Source: Dicyema japonicum
Taxonomy: Eukaryota; Animalia; Dicyemida
DNA length: 64,000 nucleotides
Reading direction: 5' to 3'
Assembly: GCA_011109175.1 (NCBI GenBank)
Contig: RDEW01000009.1
Span: forward strand, 1,105,652-1,169,651
In this document: positions 40,480-53,088 of the stretch, piece by piece
How positions within the stretch are numbered: position 1 is the stretch's first letter
Layout: each line of letters starts with the position of its first letter
Translations under genes and position numbers: made by a program
The notes under the pieces: model-generated
Databases searched by the model: none
What the model was told of the DNA's origin: nothing
What the model saw: the letters and a program-made list of their open reading frames with translations, nothing else

Positions 40480-43105
40480 TTAAATGATCAGTGTCCATAC
40501 CAAACATCCTCATGTGGTTCTCTTGGAATCCAGGATTAATCCCCACAAAGGGGAACATACTGATTGGCTCAAAGTTTTCCGTAGCAATTCTTTGGAAAAA
40601 TTCATTTTATTAATTCTGAAACACGTGACTCATCCAAATGAGAATAAACTAAAATGTCCCAGCATTATTCTCTTAGCAAGCTGGAGACTACCGAAACCAG
40701 ACACTCTCACATTACTGTGAACATGCTGTCAACAATAGAAGGATCACATGTGCAAACAAGGTTAACTTTATGCTTCCATGCAAGAGTCTTACGACTGGAA
40801 TTCAAGAAAGTGGAAGACGAACGGGAATTTGTCATCAAATGTATTCGATGTGGATAACCAGAGTAAACGAAACTTTCAAAGTAACCTTTTTTGTAAAAGG
40901 GGGAGAGAAAATTAATGACGAATCCAAATTGAAAGCAACGTCACTTCGCGATTGGTGTCTCAATTAGATGGGAGATAATCCGTTGTGTCTGCATATGAAA
41001 CCAGATGGAGAGGTGTTCTATCAACTGTGGTTCATCTAGACACGGGGAAACTACGTGAGATGCGATATAGCCAAAGCTGTTCAAAATCAGAGCCCAAGAA
41101 GTCCGTAAAGTATGATACAAAATCGTGAGATACTTTGGAAGAATTACCCCTCTTCCAAAATCTGTCAACAGTACTCAAGATGAATGATTGGCTAGCGAGA
41201 AAAGTTGCGAAGCCAAGAGAACATGGTCGCCAAGAATACGTCGAGTGAATATGGTCCTGGAAGGTGTTCCTCAAAGACAATAAAGAACGCCAAATAGGAA
41301 AAATACCAGGAACTTTGGAAAATTATCGTTGGAATTTTTATAAATTATTGACAGATTTAATCAATAATTTATAAAGGCAAAGTTGGATTTATAAAAAGTG
41401 GTGGATCAAGTCTTTATGCGGAATGCCTCCATTCTCTTCTCTGCACTCATTAGCATTGGATTCATCTTCCTAGTTTTTATCCAACTCCACATCAGACCAT
41501 CAAGAGAGAAAACTATATAATTGATCTCCGACTATTTCAAGACAATTCTCTCATGAGAAGAAAACCACCTATTGCATCAAATAAGAGTAATGATATAACG
41601 ATTCCCATGAATATAAAGAAAAAAGTATTAACTGAATCTTGAGATTTAGAAAACACATACTCGAAAATATTTTTATTGGCTTCAGTATTTTATCAATCGT
41701 CCTTACGCCCAAAAGCACACTTTGATAGCTGAGTAGGCACTCACCAAACATAGTGTACAATCAAAATTGAATTACCTGAGATTTGAAATACGAATGGCAA
41801 TTGTGATCCTGTTATCTCGTCAGTACTTACGAGAAAAGGAAGACATGGCTTTTGCCCACCATAAAGCAAAGTAGATATTTCATCCAATAGAGGCACGTCA
41901 CCAAATCAACCTTCTGTTATAAGTTACAGAACCCAATATCGCTAAGAAAGTGCAAAAGTCAATTAATTAAGTGATTCCAGGTTCTAGTAATTCCCATACT
42001 CTCCTGGAGTGCCCGCCAAAATCCCATAATATTGAGTAATTTTGAAGACAAAGAATGTACTAACTCAACGTTAATAATGGTAATGTTATAAAGACAATCA
42101 AACTGGTAAAAGATATGTCGGCTCGATTCAATCAAGAATATTTCAATAGCCGCAGTGTGGAGATACTTTATAATGTGGTGGATATCACTCAGTGGAGTTA
42201 AGATGGATTTAAGGAGCGACTACAGAAACTAAATGTCACTTTACTGTTTTAAAAACCTGAGAACTCTAAACCCAGATGTCGCTGATTCGATCCAATATGC
42301 ATTTGTTCCAATTGCAGTATGCTCTACTTGCGTCAAAATTTTGAGAATCTACTTGGAGTCTTTTAATATTTGTTTTAAAGAAATTGAAAAGTTCTTGTTT
42401 ACAACAGAGATGGCATTATCTAAACTCAAGAATGCAAGCTTTGGGTGTTTATACTCAAACCAGGATATACCCGACAAGGTGGGATCTGAGGTGTTAACTT
42501 CTTTGGAAGTCAATCATTATTCTCCGTGCAAACTTGGAGTTTTTAGAACGCTTTGCCAGGAAAGTTTATACAGCAGAAAAAAGTGACGATTGCATATCAT
42601 TTCAGGAGGAAGGTTGCGGAGAGAAATAGGCTCCGCTTCTAAATGTGAGCCAAAGGGAAAACTAAATTGTTTTATTCTTGATTTCTCCAGGAGTATAATG
42701 ATGTGATCCCTTTTCTGAAGGGAAAATCAACCCTCGCATTTATAAGGAAGAGGACGGTGACTCTCGTGAAAATACAAGAATATCTCTTTCTCAAGAATAA
42801 ATTTTCTCATGTATGGTAGTGTTGTGATGTCATCCATGAAGCAACATTTGTCTAAATCAGATCTCCCAGATAACGTACTTTACACCATCCAATGTGTCAT
42901 GTTACTGTTAATATCTTCTTTAAGGGAAAATATGGAATTTGTATTAGTCCCCACCATATCTACCAAAGGTTAATTTCTGTCACGTGTATCATTAATTTTC
43001 CTTCAGATAATTTTTGTGGAATTCCTCTCAGAGAATCTCTTGAATAGGAAATTCTTTATTCATCCCGTCACTCCCAACGAGGCATCAGCTCTGAATATGC
43101 AATAA
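40480..43105 (+). CDS. Unidentified multi-exon host gene; boundaries approximate
   Basis: Chain of short ORFs separated by ~21-25 nt GT-AG segments (e.g. gttaactttatgcttccatgcaag, gtaaccttttttgtaaaag); no domain recognised. Confidence 0.35.
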
Positions 43106-43275
43106 GAGCAATAAAAATGAGTGGGATACTTGTGAAGCATCCGAGCCGAAAGGTAGGACCCCAAAAATGTCTTATGTTTAATAAAATTTGTCATGTTATG
43201 ATGAAAGTGTGTCCAAATCAATGAGGAGTAGAATTCGTTGAGATCTTTAGGATTGGTGTTAATTTGAGTTTCAAT

Positions 43276-44200
43276 CGGTAACCGGTAAATTCATCGCCGG
43301 TAAATTTATCGCCGGTAAATTCATCGCAGTTAAATCAAGGAACTACGTGGGCGGGTTTCTAGATAGAAGTCGAAATTTTGATTTTTTATATTATAGTTAA
43401 AATGCGATGGTTTCATTAATTCATTTAGAGCCTTATTCGTGAAGCATGTATTGCAAAAGTACCAATGTGATTTTAGAGATTATTCGACGATAGGAATCAC
43501 GTATCCGTGACGGTAGGACCTATGAAAATTGAAGAGAGGACCTATTTTTTCACCTCTCTTCAGAAGTTGACGTAAGCCTGCAATGTATTATTGGGGGATT
43601 AATTTAGCACATTTTGGAAATGTGAATCCTACTATAAAATTAAATGTAAAGCGAGAGTACATACCAAGGAGACATCATTGTTAAAAGAGTCAATGAACAC
43701 AATCATGTGGTGATGCTGCATATGTCGAATCAAAGAGAATTACTCAAGAAATAAAAAAAGAGCTCTTGCATCACAAGAAAATCCACATATTATTACAACT
43801 GAAGTGTGTGTGGGTTTACCACTGGAAGTGTCTTCCCGAATACCCACAGCTTCTTTAATTAAAAGAAATTTAAAAGATCAAGCTCCTCCTAATCAACTTA
43901 ACATAGACCAGTTTAGAATACCTCCAGAATACAGATACTCTTATGCAATGAACCTTTTCTACTGTTTGATAGTGAAGACAGTGTTAACAGAACAATAATT
44001 TTTACAACGAGAAAAAATCTTAATTTGCTTTCCACTACAAACTTTTGGTACTTTTAAGACATTCCCACATTTGTTTAATCAATTATATGCGATTCATGGA
44101 CTAGTAAATAATGATGTTTTACCACTTATATGCATCTTAATGTGTAAAAGAATGGAAGACAGCTATAAATATCTTTCAAATTCCTAGAGGAACTCAGAGA
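43276..44200 (+). mobile_element. MULE transposon remnant (FLYWCH plus DDE scraps)
   Basis: Terminal repeats ccggtaaattcatcg x3; FWKCESYYKIKCKARVHT..NEHNH; TFKTFPHLFNQLYAIHG. Confidence 0.7.
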
Positions 44201-44289
44201 AAGATCTTCAATGAAAAATAATTATTAATATATAGCGCCTTCTGTTTAGACACCAAGAGAGTATCCAAAGGGATTCCTTTTCTGACAAC

Positions 44290-44500
44290 AACTAAAAACT
44301 AAGAGCTTCGGAAATAGCACCAGCCAATCAGGCCATGGAATCATACTTTTCTGTATTAAACAACGTATCACTTTGATAGAAAAAAACTGAAAACATCAGA
44401 GGATCTGGATGATCTGAAGGCGGATGCGAGGATGGAAACGACTCACAGCACGTGTCCAGAGATGCATGGCAAAAGTGGAATCTCAAATTAGTTAACTTTT
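44290..44500 (+). mobile_element. RTE-like LINE 3' end (same family as 32330)
   Basis: PANQAMESYF; LKTSEDLDDLK..RGWKRLTARV. Confidence 0.5.
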
Positions 44501-44741
44501 CTGGTTCCGCGGACATTGCTATTAATAATAACACGCAGTTTATTTAAAAAGAATGACCAGTTAATGGAGGAATGAAGCCAAGAAATCGAGGTGATCTTAG
44601 CTTTTTTTAAATATAAATTTTAAGGTGATTGCTTCTAGTAATGACTTTGTATTGTGTACGAAAGAAGCATTATCACACATAAACATATCTACACAATAAC
44701 CACAACAAATATGAAACCAAATAATTTTTATAAATGGAAAA

Positions 44742-45569
44742 TCACATATTAGACCTAAAACCCAGCTGGAATTCAGGGACACTGTAATCACCAAACAACC
44801 AAACCTTTCAATGAGGGCATCATTAATACCACCAGCAGAATATCCCTGAATTGCAATCGGGTTGGTCTGTAGTTTCAAAACCCTCTCAATCTGACCAATT
44901 TCCATCGGACTCGTGTCCACTCCACAGAATGCTGAGTAATCGTTAGCTACGAGCCCTGAAGCCACTGTGTAGAATCCTCGATTGACGGTTCCGCCCACAA
45001 GGGGAATCTGCAGCAAAGAGGAGAGCTCATCCAACTCCTCCACCTTACAGGAGGCATGGACCTGCAATAAGAACCCCAACTGAACCAACGATTCCTCCGT
45101 TGTTTGTAATCACGGAATATGTTCCCACCAAAAGTTCCTCACTCAACGATGTCCTGAACACCTCCACTTTGAGAACATCAGATATAATCTCTTCGGTCTC
45201 GTTTGACAGTTCTGGATGGGCAATAGCCACGTGGTCGTTACAGGAGATTACGTTTCCAAGAGCAGAAAGACGCTCATCGACACGTGTCACAACCACGGAC
45301 TCAGGAAGAGAATTACGGAGGTGCTGCATTTCAACATCATAGGCGGAAGAGGGAAGAATCAATCCGTGACGATTTCCGACAGCAAGTCTTCCAACAATGC
45401 GACAGTCTGAGATGGAGGTCTCCACTACGGGGATAGCGTCGGATAGTTCGCTTTCAAGTTTGCTGTAGAAGTTATGTGTGTTACTAATTCCAACAAGACA
45501 GTAAGTATTTGTGAGTAAGGAGTAGACCCCGACGTTTGAATTGCCTTCCACATGAATTCGATGAGCCAT
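44742..45569 (-). CDS. EIF6: Eukaryotic translation initiation factor 6
   Basis: NVGVYSLLTNTYCLV, VDERLSALGNVISCND, LLQIPLVGGTVNRG; 28-nt intron after NNGGI; 23-nt intron after DALIE gives ..SVPEFQLGFRSNM*. Confidence 0.95.
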
Positions 45570-45849
45570 CTATGAAAAATAATAAAAAGCACAACAATGA
45601 AAATTTAGCAGAAAAACGTTTTTTTAACTAAAATAATTAATTAAATAATTTAAAGTTTTAAAGTAAAATTTTCTAATAAAAGAAAATAATATATTTGGAA
45701 TATTTTAATACGGGATTTATAAATATAAAAATATAAACTTATGAAGCTGTGGTTCAACGTGTCAGATGGATGTGCTTTTTGTCTTACACAGCACTTAGAA
45801 AAAAGAGCCGCTTAATTACTTCATCGGTTTTCTCAAAAGAGTTCCCGAT

Positions 45850-47700
45850 GGCGACCGTCAAGTTGGCATAGAGACCTCGCTCCAATGAGAGATTCCTGAC
45901 GTCGAGAGATATCACGCCATACCAGGGACCGAACAAAATCAGAATCCTACAACTGGACATTAATGGGATCACACTAAAGCACGTTGAACTCAGACTATTT
46001 GGCGACACAAATTGATATTGTTTTTCTGCAAGACTATCTATCACTTCACGAACACCAAGATTTACAGACTACTCAGTAGTCCACTCAGAACGGGCAAATG
46101 AATCCCATGGCGGTAGTCTGGTCACCCTCATATATTCTTCCATTCCCCAAATAAAGTTATGCAAGCCTCGGATAACATCAAAGTAATTACCATTAACGTC
46201 TTGTTCACTCCTTACACTCTCAATAAAATGTACAACCCGTCTTCATCATGCGGCCTGAATGGCTACAGTCCCAACCTGTAATTCCCACTCAATTTCAATA
46301 ACGTGACCTAGGTCCCACTATGGTATTCGACTCAGTTATCAAACGCCAGAGGAGAACAAATCGCCTCAGAACTCGAACACCTTACCATACCGAACAACCG
46401 CAACCAACACACGAGATATGGAACTCGTTCCTGAGACATCACTATCCTTTCGATGTGCTCACCCTCGATTGCATCGCTGATTATCTGGAATGTCAGATAT
46501 GACCTACCGTCTGATCACAACCCGATCATCATTGATATTAGTCTATTTTCACGCACAACGATCAGACGGACCAAACTACAGGAAAACGAATTGGGATAAT
46601 TTTAAAGCAGAAATAGAAAGACTTATCTATGTACAAATTCACCTTTAAAACTCTTTTACATTGTTGGCTGAAAATAGATTAATCCCAGAGGCTTTATCAG
46701 GGACTACAAGTCCTGTTTTAATAATAAAATCCTCTACCTCATTCGTGAAAAGAGAAGCTTAAAGAGATCGAAGATCAATAATCAAAGAAAACTATCCCCA
46801 CTGAATAAGCAAATAACCTTGCTGATTTATAAAGTCAAGAATGAAAAATGGGCTGAATTTACTCCTCATCTTAGCCCAAAATCAAAACCTCAGAAATTCT
46901 GGAAATTCATCAAGGATATTCAGGTCAGTCAAATCGATTCCGGTTCTCTCATGGTGCTATGTTTGATAAAACCATCCGAACTAAAGACTGATGACCAATT
47001 ATTGTAAAACCAGTCACATTCCAATGTCTAAGGATACTCGACTTAAGAGAGTCCAACCAACACGAGGTACGAGGGGTCACATCTAAGTTACCGTAACACT
47101 AATCTATGACTTGATCCGAAATGTGGGCAACTCTCCTCCCAAAAACCCTGATGGCATATGTATCCTCCACTTGAAGCACCTCAGACCTAACTGACTCAAT
47201 GTTTCAAGACCATTTATGAATTCTCAATCAACTCATGTTTTCTCCTTATGTTATTGAAGATAGTTATCCTTGTACTCAAAAAACAAGATTCCTCCCCTTC
47301 CTCCTACATACCTATTTCTCTTACCTAAGTTGTATCAAAGATTTTGGAAAAAATAGTCTCGAACGAGATTTCAGATCACCTCAACTTTTCCAAATCACAA
47401 CAAGGCTTTCGTCCCCTTCACTCGGCAACCTCCCACCTATCCACTTTGACACAATTTATTGCTGATGGTTTTAATAATTTGAAACCCCCCAAAAGAACTA
47501 TTCTGGTCTCAATCGTGCGGATCTCTCAATGAGATCAGTTGCAGTCCTAGCTCACAAACTTCGTTTCCGGAAGATTGAGTCAAAAACGTTTTCATTGCCA
47601 TATTTCCCGATTCCTCTACCTCCCCAATGATGTCCCTATAGGAATCGTTCTCTCACCATCACTTTTTGTGATCAGACGATAACCCAACTTATTGAATGAT
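45850..47700 (+). mobile_element. Jockey/I-like LINE (APE + RT), degenerate
   Basis: RILQLDINGI, LPSDHNPIII, PDGI..LHLKHL, EKIV, QQGFRPLHS. Confidence 0.75.
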
Positions 47701-47899
47701 AACTTGAACCTCTGGATATTTTTGTGGAACTTTAATTTTTTGAACTTGACTTTAGGAAAATAGATCCCACATGATGAGAATTTGTTAAAAAACTGGAAAT
47801 AACGCCACCTGTGTTGATTGCCTCTTCTAACGTTAACAGATACTCCCAGGATCTTCCACAATGATGATCGAAACTTTATAAAAAAGAAATTCTAAACCC

Positions 47900-48745
47900 T
47901 TTGAAAATAGTTAGTCTTAACAATGTCGTAGTCAAAACCTGAGAGATTCTCACAACTAATTGGTTAACTTGCTTACCCACAATCGGATCGTTGAGAGCAC
48001 GACAAAAAAAGTGACAGCTGAGAAGAAAGATGTCTGATTGAATGCATTTCCATCAATCATGAGAGCTGGTACCAGCAATAATAGTTTATTACCTATCAAG
48101 TTTGCAGATCGAAAAAGGTAGAGATACTCTGATGACCCCCGGGAACAACGATTTATAGGGACTGATCTCAAGATGTCAGTGCCCCAGTACTTTGTTGTCT
48201 TAACCCCGTATGACGTGGGAAAACATGAAAAGCTTGTATTAGCTAATAATAGTTAAGTTAGTTAAATGCACTTCCGCATTACCCGTGTCCCTCTTTCCGT
48301 GCTCTTCATTATCCGTTCTACCAGTTTTCGCAATGTAACTTTCATCATTACACGCCCTTAGAGTTCATTCAAGAATCCATGCATAAGTCTCATGTTTATT
48401 ATTCAAAGCAAGCCCTCTGACGCTGAAAGCTGCAATTGTAATTGTGATAATAGACAGACTGAGAGTACGATAAAGACATTATTAAAGGTATCAATCACTC
48501 AACCGACAAATTAGCTAATAATATTATTATTTGCTTGTGTGGGCGCAAGAGAGGAAATGAAAAAATGTTGCACAAGAATAGGCAATTTGTCTAGCAGAAG
48601 TTCACCAGAGAAGCTCCGGATGCATTTCTCCTTCCGCGCCTGTGTCTTCCAATACAGGATTCGTTGGGTCCCATTTGCATTCCAACCTTCGCATTCATAT
48701 TCCGGCAACAAAGACAAGGGACGAGGACGCATTATTGAATATGTC
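47900..48745 (-). mobile_element. RTE LINE fragment (APE region)
   Basis: MNAKVG..IGRH..GRRNASGASLVNFC is typical of the RTE endonuclease. Confidence 0.55.
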
Positions 48746-49109
48746 AGGGGTGGCCAACTGGTCGATCGCGAGGGGTTTCGCAATTGATTGAGTTTTAACG
48801 AAACGATTGATATCGCACAACTATGTGTATTTTTCATGATATATCTGTCAAGGAAGAATTATTTGCTATTATACTTATGAAAGAAAGAACAACTGGCAAA
48901 AATATATATTTCTTTCAACACGTATTTGTTAATCGGTCTAGTAGCACTTCGAATTTCTTCTTCTTTGAAAATTAGTTCTGATATATAATTTTTGAAAAAA
49001 ATATTTATTTATTATGATGAAAAACAAAAAAATAAGAGAAACTTGTAAACATGCGGCCCTTTGCAAGCACACTACTTTTATTTAACAATAAAGCATTATT
49101 TATTGACAA

Positions 49110-49470
49110 TAACTGGGAAGATAGGCTGCTGACACTACGGAGTAATCCACTACATTCTCAATTCGCTGCCGCAGTCAGACCGCTTCCCGCACGTCTTTAT
49201 GACGTTGGGCCAATTTCCTCCGATTTCCTTCAAGAAAGAGGCTGTGATACTTCCCGTAGCACCAGACGTTTCGATTGTCACCGGCACAAAACGAAAGCGA
49301 TCTCCAATTTCACCACATTTTTAAATCTTGATTTTCTCGGCCAGATCGGCTGCCGATCCAGCAGACTCGCTGAGCATCATCGAGTTCGAAAAAGAATCCA
49401 CACAAGTGCAGTCCCATACGAGCGATTTTCTCTCGGTGAACGGAAAGAAAGTTAGCCCATCCGTCTGGTA
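49110..49470 (-). mobile_element. CRE-like 3' end
   Basis: PDGLTFFPFTERKSLVWDCTCVDSF..DRFRFVPVTIETSG. Confidence 0.75.
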
Positions 49471-49599
49471 AGTTCCACTTTGCTTTTGGTAAGTTCCACT
49501 TTGCTTTTGGTAAGTACCACTTTGCTTTTGGTAAGACCCACTTTGCTTTTGGTAAGACCCATTTTGCTTTTGGTAAGACCCACTTTAAACCTGAAATGG
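49467..49599. repeat. Solo TIR of IS630/Tc1 family A (21-bp repeats)
   Basis: (ctttgcttttggtaagaccca)n followed by ctttaaacctgaaatgg-tata, matching the 8014-9418 termini. Confidence 0.9.
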
Positions 49600-49639
49600 T
49601 ATAAACAATAAAAACACTAAAACTTTTTGTTACACATAC

Positions 49640-50930
49640 AAATTACATAATTTTCTAAATTTCCTGGTAGAAAATGTCTGTTGGATCTTAGAAAATTCTT
49701 TATCTCAGAGAAACATCGCTCAACCGAGCACAAAGTTGACTGACAATTCAGGAGTAATGAATACTCGGCAGGAGATATGTGTGAATTAGTCATTTTAATT
49801 ATGTTTGAAATATTATTTTTTGAAGCTTTTTATTTATGTATTCTTTAGTAAATTTGTTGTCATTTCCAAATTCCAACGATTCTAAACTATCATATGCTTG
49901 TTTAATTGTGGAGCGTGTACTTTGGTAATAATATCTGCAATAGCGACATTATTCGAAACTTGGAATGTTCAAATAGCTTTGGATAAGGTCACATAGATGC
50001 TAACTAACACGTGGTTTTTGAGACTTTCTTTAGCTGTTCGAACTAGATATCCATCATCCGCGAATGATTCGAAAATATTTTGAACTCCGATCATAATTTC
50101 TGAGTAGTATGTAGCGGCCTTTAGCCAGGTCCCCCATCTTGTCAAATACACATGAGGTGGAATGGCGATGTTTCTGTCTTTGAGTATTAGTTTTCTTCTA
50201 TTGTTCTTGTTAATTGCTGCTTGTACAGTAGCTACCATCAAATCAATTTCCGGATAAGAGTCTCTTATTTTCTCACAACAATTGTGTAATAGATGAACGA
50301 CACATGTGAGATGGAATAACTTGGGGTAAAGATTTTTAAGTATTTTGCCAGCTAAAACATAAACATAAAATTTTACCTGATTTCATATAATTTGCAGCAT
50401 CAGAAATTAACAAAAGGAAATTTTCCCTTTGAACCAAATTATTTCCAAGTGCATCATCGACTATCTGAGTAATGATGTTCTTGTTAGGAGCAGATTCTAT
50501 CGCCTTAAACGATAACAGATATGTTGTTACAGGAGAATTTAACGATCCAATCATCACAGCAACGTATCTTTGACCCCGGTTTTTTGTTTCATCCGTATTA
50601 GCAAAAACTTTTTGATTGCTACAAAATAAAGTAAATTTTTATACACAAGTTTTTGTTGAATTAACAATTTTTGATCCATTATGATTTGATCCACACAGCT
50701 TTTGATGGTGAGGGAACTCGTACAGAGCCTCCGTAAAACAATTCTCTAAGCCATGGCATAGATAGTTTGTTTAGTAGAATATCAGATTTTATAAATGCTC
50801 TGGTTACTTGTAGATCCCAATCACTAATTTTGGAATATTGATCAATGTGTGTATGGTGCGATTCTGTCAGATAATCTACAAAAAATAATTGTTATTTTCC
50901 AAAACTCAATGAATTTTGATGTTTTTGTGG
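49640..50930 (-). mobile_element. DUF659/CGGBP1-type hAT-like transposase, degenerate
   Basis: LLLISDAANYMKS|AGKILKNLYPKLFHLTCVVHLLHN, LTRWGTWLKAA, CSVERCFS; 25-nt intron at 50352-50376. Confidence 0.75.
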
Positions 50931-51054
50931 CAACATATATTATTAATAGTTAATTTAAAAAATTAATAAATTAAATCAAAAATTATGAGGTTAAAATAAT
51001 TTTAACCTTATAATTTTAAATTTTAACTTTTTAACCTAATAATGTTGTTTAATA

Positions 51055-52315
51055 CAGGGTTTTCCTATTTATTTAATAACTTTGTCATAAAATTTAATAA
51101 TTTTGTCAAAATACTTAATAACTTTGTCAAAATGTTTAATAATTTGTCAAAATACTTAATAACTTTGTCAAGGGTCAAATTAAAAGAAACCAATTTTATA
51201 TTTAATTGAAAAAAACAACTATAAATTAAAATTCTTCATTAGCCAATGCTTTAACTAATGACACGTAAAAATTAATTGATACCAGTTCCGAATACAACAT
51301 TTTTTAATTGCTCGCTCTTGTGAATTGATGCATTGTCACAAATCAATACCATGTCTTAAATATAATATACCATACTTTTTTTCCCTGCATGTTCAAGCTT
51401 ATAATTAAGCTGTATTACAAAATCAATGAACGTCTCCGCGCAATAAGGAAAGGAATTGATTTCGTAATGTAAAAGGCCGTCAACAGAAATAGCAGCACAA
51501 ATAGAGAAATTTTTCTCTCTTATGTTTCTAGTACATTTTTTCGAAGTAATTCCTTTTATAGATCTTCCAAATTTGGATCTCATCAAACAATTGACTCCCA
51601 TTTCGTCTATAAAAATAAGCCGTTGATTATCAACTTCAATTATTTTTCTGGAAGATCTATATCTTTCTTCCATATTTATTGTAGAATTTCTCGCCATAGG
51701 TACAAATTGATTTTTTTAAACTATATCCAAATGTCTCTAGTGTCCTATTTATCGTCGATTGAGAGACATTTTTTCTTTTCACATCAAATAAAGAATTTTG
51801 TAAATTCTTCAGCGTAAATGAAGCATCTTCTTCAATTTTTTTAGTCAAAAATAAGATGTCCGATGAATTAAGTTTTTTTTCGTCCACAATTATTTCTTGT
51901 TGAAGCAAAACTTCCTGTATTTTTTGACGATAGAAACAACTGTCTGGTAGTTAATAGATATGTCTTCGCATATTTTTGAATAAGCCAAACCTACTTCATA
52001 TTTATTTATAATAAGTTTTCGGTTATCCTCGGTTACAGTAGTATTTTTGTTTTGGTAACTATTCATTTAATTCATTTTGCGCTAAAATTTGTTTTTATAG
52101 GAACTTAATAATCCAATAAATATAAATAATGATCTAATAAATATAAATAATGATCCCAAACATATAAATAATAATCCCAAATATACAAAGTATAAACATT
52201 TTGACAAAGTTATTAAATATTTACAAAGTTATTAAACTTTATGACAAAGTTATTAAATTTTTGACAAAGTTATTAAATTTTATGACAAAGTTATTAAATA
52301 AATAGGAAAACCCTG
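51055..52315 (-). mobile_element. IS630/Tc1 transposon, family B
   Basis: TIR cagggttttcctatttatttaataactttgtc with TA at both ends and 21-bp sub-repeats; IFIDEMG; ICDNASIHK; C-terminal DDE part deleted. Confidence 0.9.
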
Positions 52316-52396
52316 TATACATTTATTTATAATAAAATATAGTTAAAAATCATTTTAATGATTATTTATTTACTATTATTAAATTTTAATTTTTTT

Positions 52397-52732
52397 TAAC
52401 CTAGTTCCCAGGGAAAAACACGGGAGTGAATCCAGCCACGCTCCGCTCCCGTGGTTGGCGGCTGACACGAAGCATGAATGACGATGCTTGTTGGCCTCAG
52501 ACTCTTGCACGTCGAAGATATTCTTGGAGTAGATCTCATCCTAGTCTTGTTGCCTCGAACGATCATTTGGCATATCAAAACCAGTTTCACACCATTCGCG
52601 ACGAGCTTCGTCAAAAACTTTTTTCCCAAGAAAGTCCAGTCGGAAGACGTAGGATATCTTGGACCAAAATACTTCCACTTGAGAGCGCCGACCTGAGACC
52701 CGTGCCTCCGAGACGTGTAGGAAGCTTGCATT
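52397..52732 (-). mobile_element. CRE-like internal fragment (duplicated at 60026-60361)
   Basis: KLPTRLGGTGLRSA and GSGAWLDSLPCFSLGT. Confidence 0.65.
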
Positions 52733-53088
52733 GATTTATTTATTATAATGAAAAAAAAAAAATAAGAGAAACTTAATTATTTAATCACCGTCTATAATTT
52801 TGGTAACAACTATTTCCAGAGGATTTACATCTGTTTTTGGATAAAATTTTAGACATGTCGGGCTCAGCTATTCGTGTAGTTCCGACTTTTATTAAAGCAA
52901 ATAAATTTTCGTCAGTGTTCCTTTTGTCCCATCCGACAAATACACAAGTATGTCACATTCTAAATGATAAGCTGTCAGTGCTGATAAGTTTGTGGACGAA
53001 GCTTTTCAGTTTAACGAGTCTTAATCAAATGAGAAGAGTTAGAGTGGATTTTGGTTAGATGAATATTTTGTTAGTATTAAAGTAAACA

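Noticed and set aside
44597-44790. Long hydrophobic C-terminal extension of eIF6
   Set aside because: It results from read-through of a 23-nt intron; the spliced product ends at 44742.
52396-52734. Three overlapping ORFs next to IS630, considered as Fanzor/TnpB or other cargo
   Set aside because: They lie outside the TIR, lack RuvC and zinc-finger motifs, and are explained as a CRE retroelement fragment.
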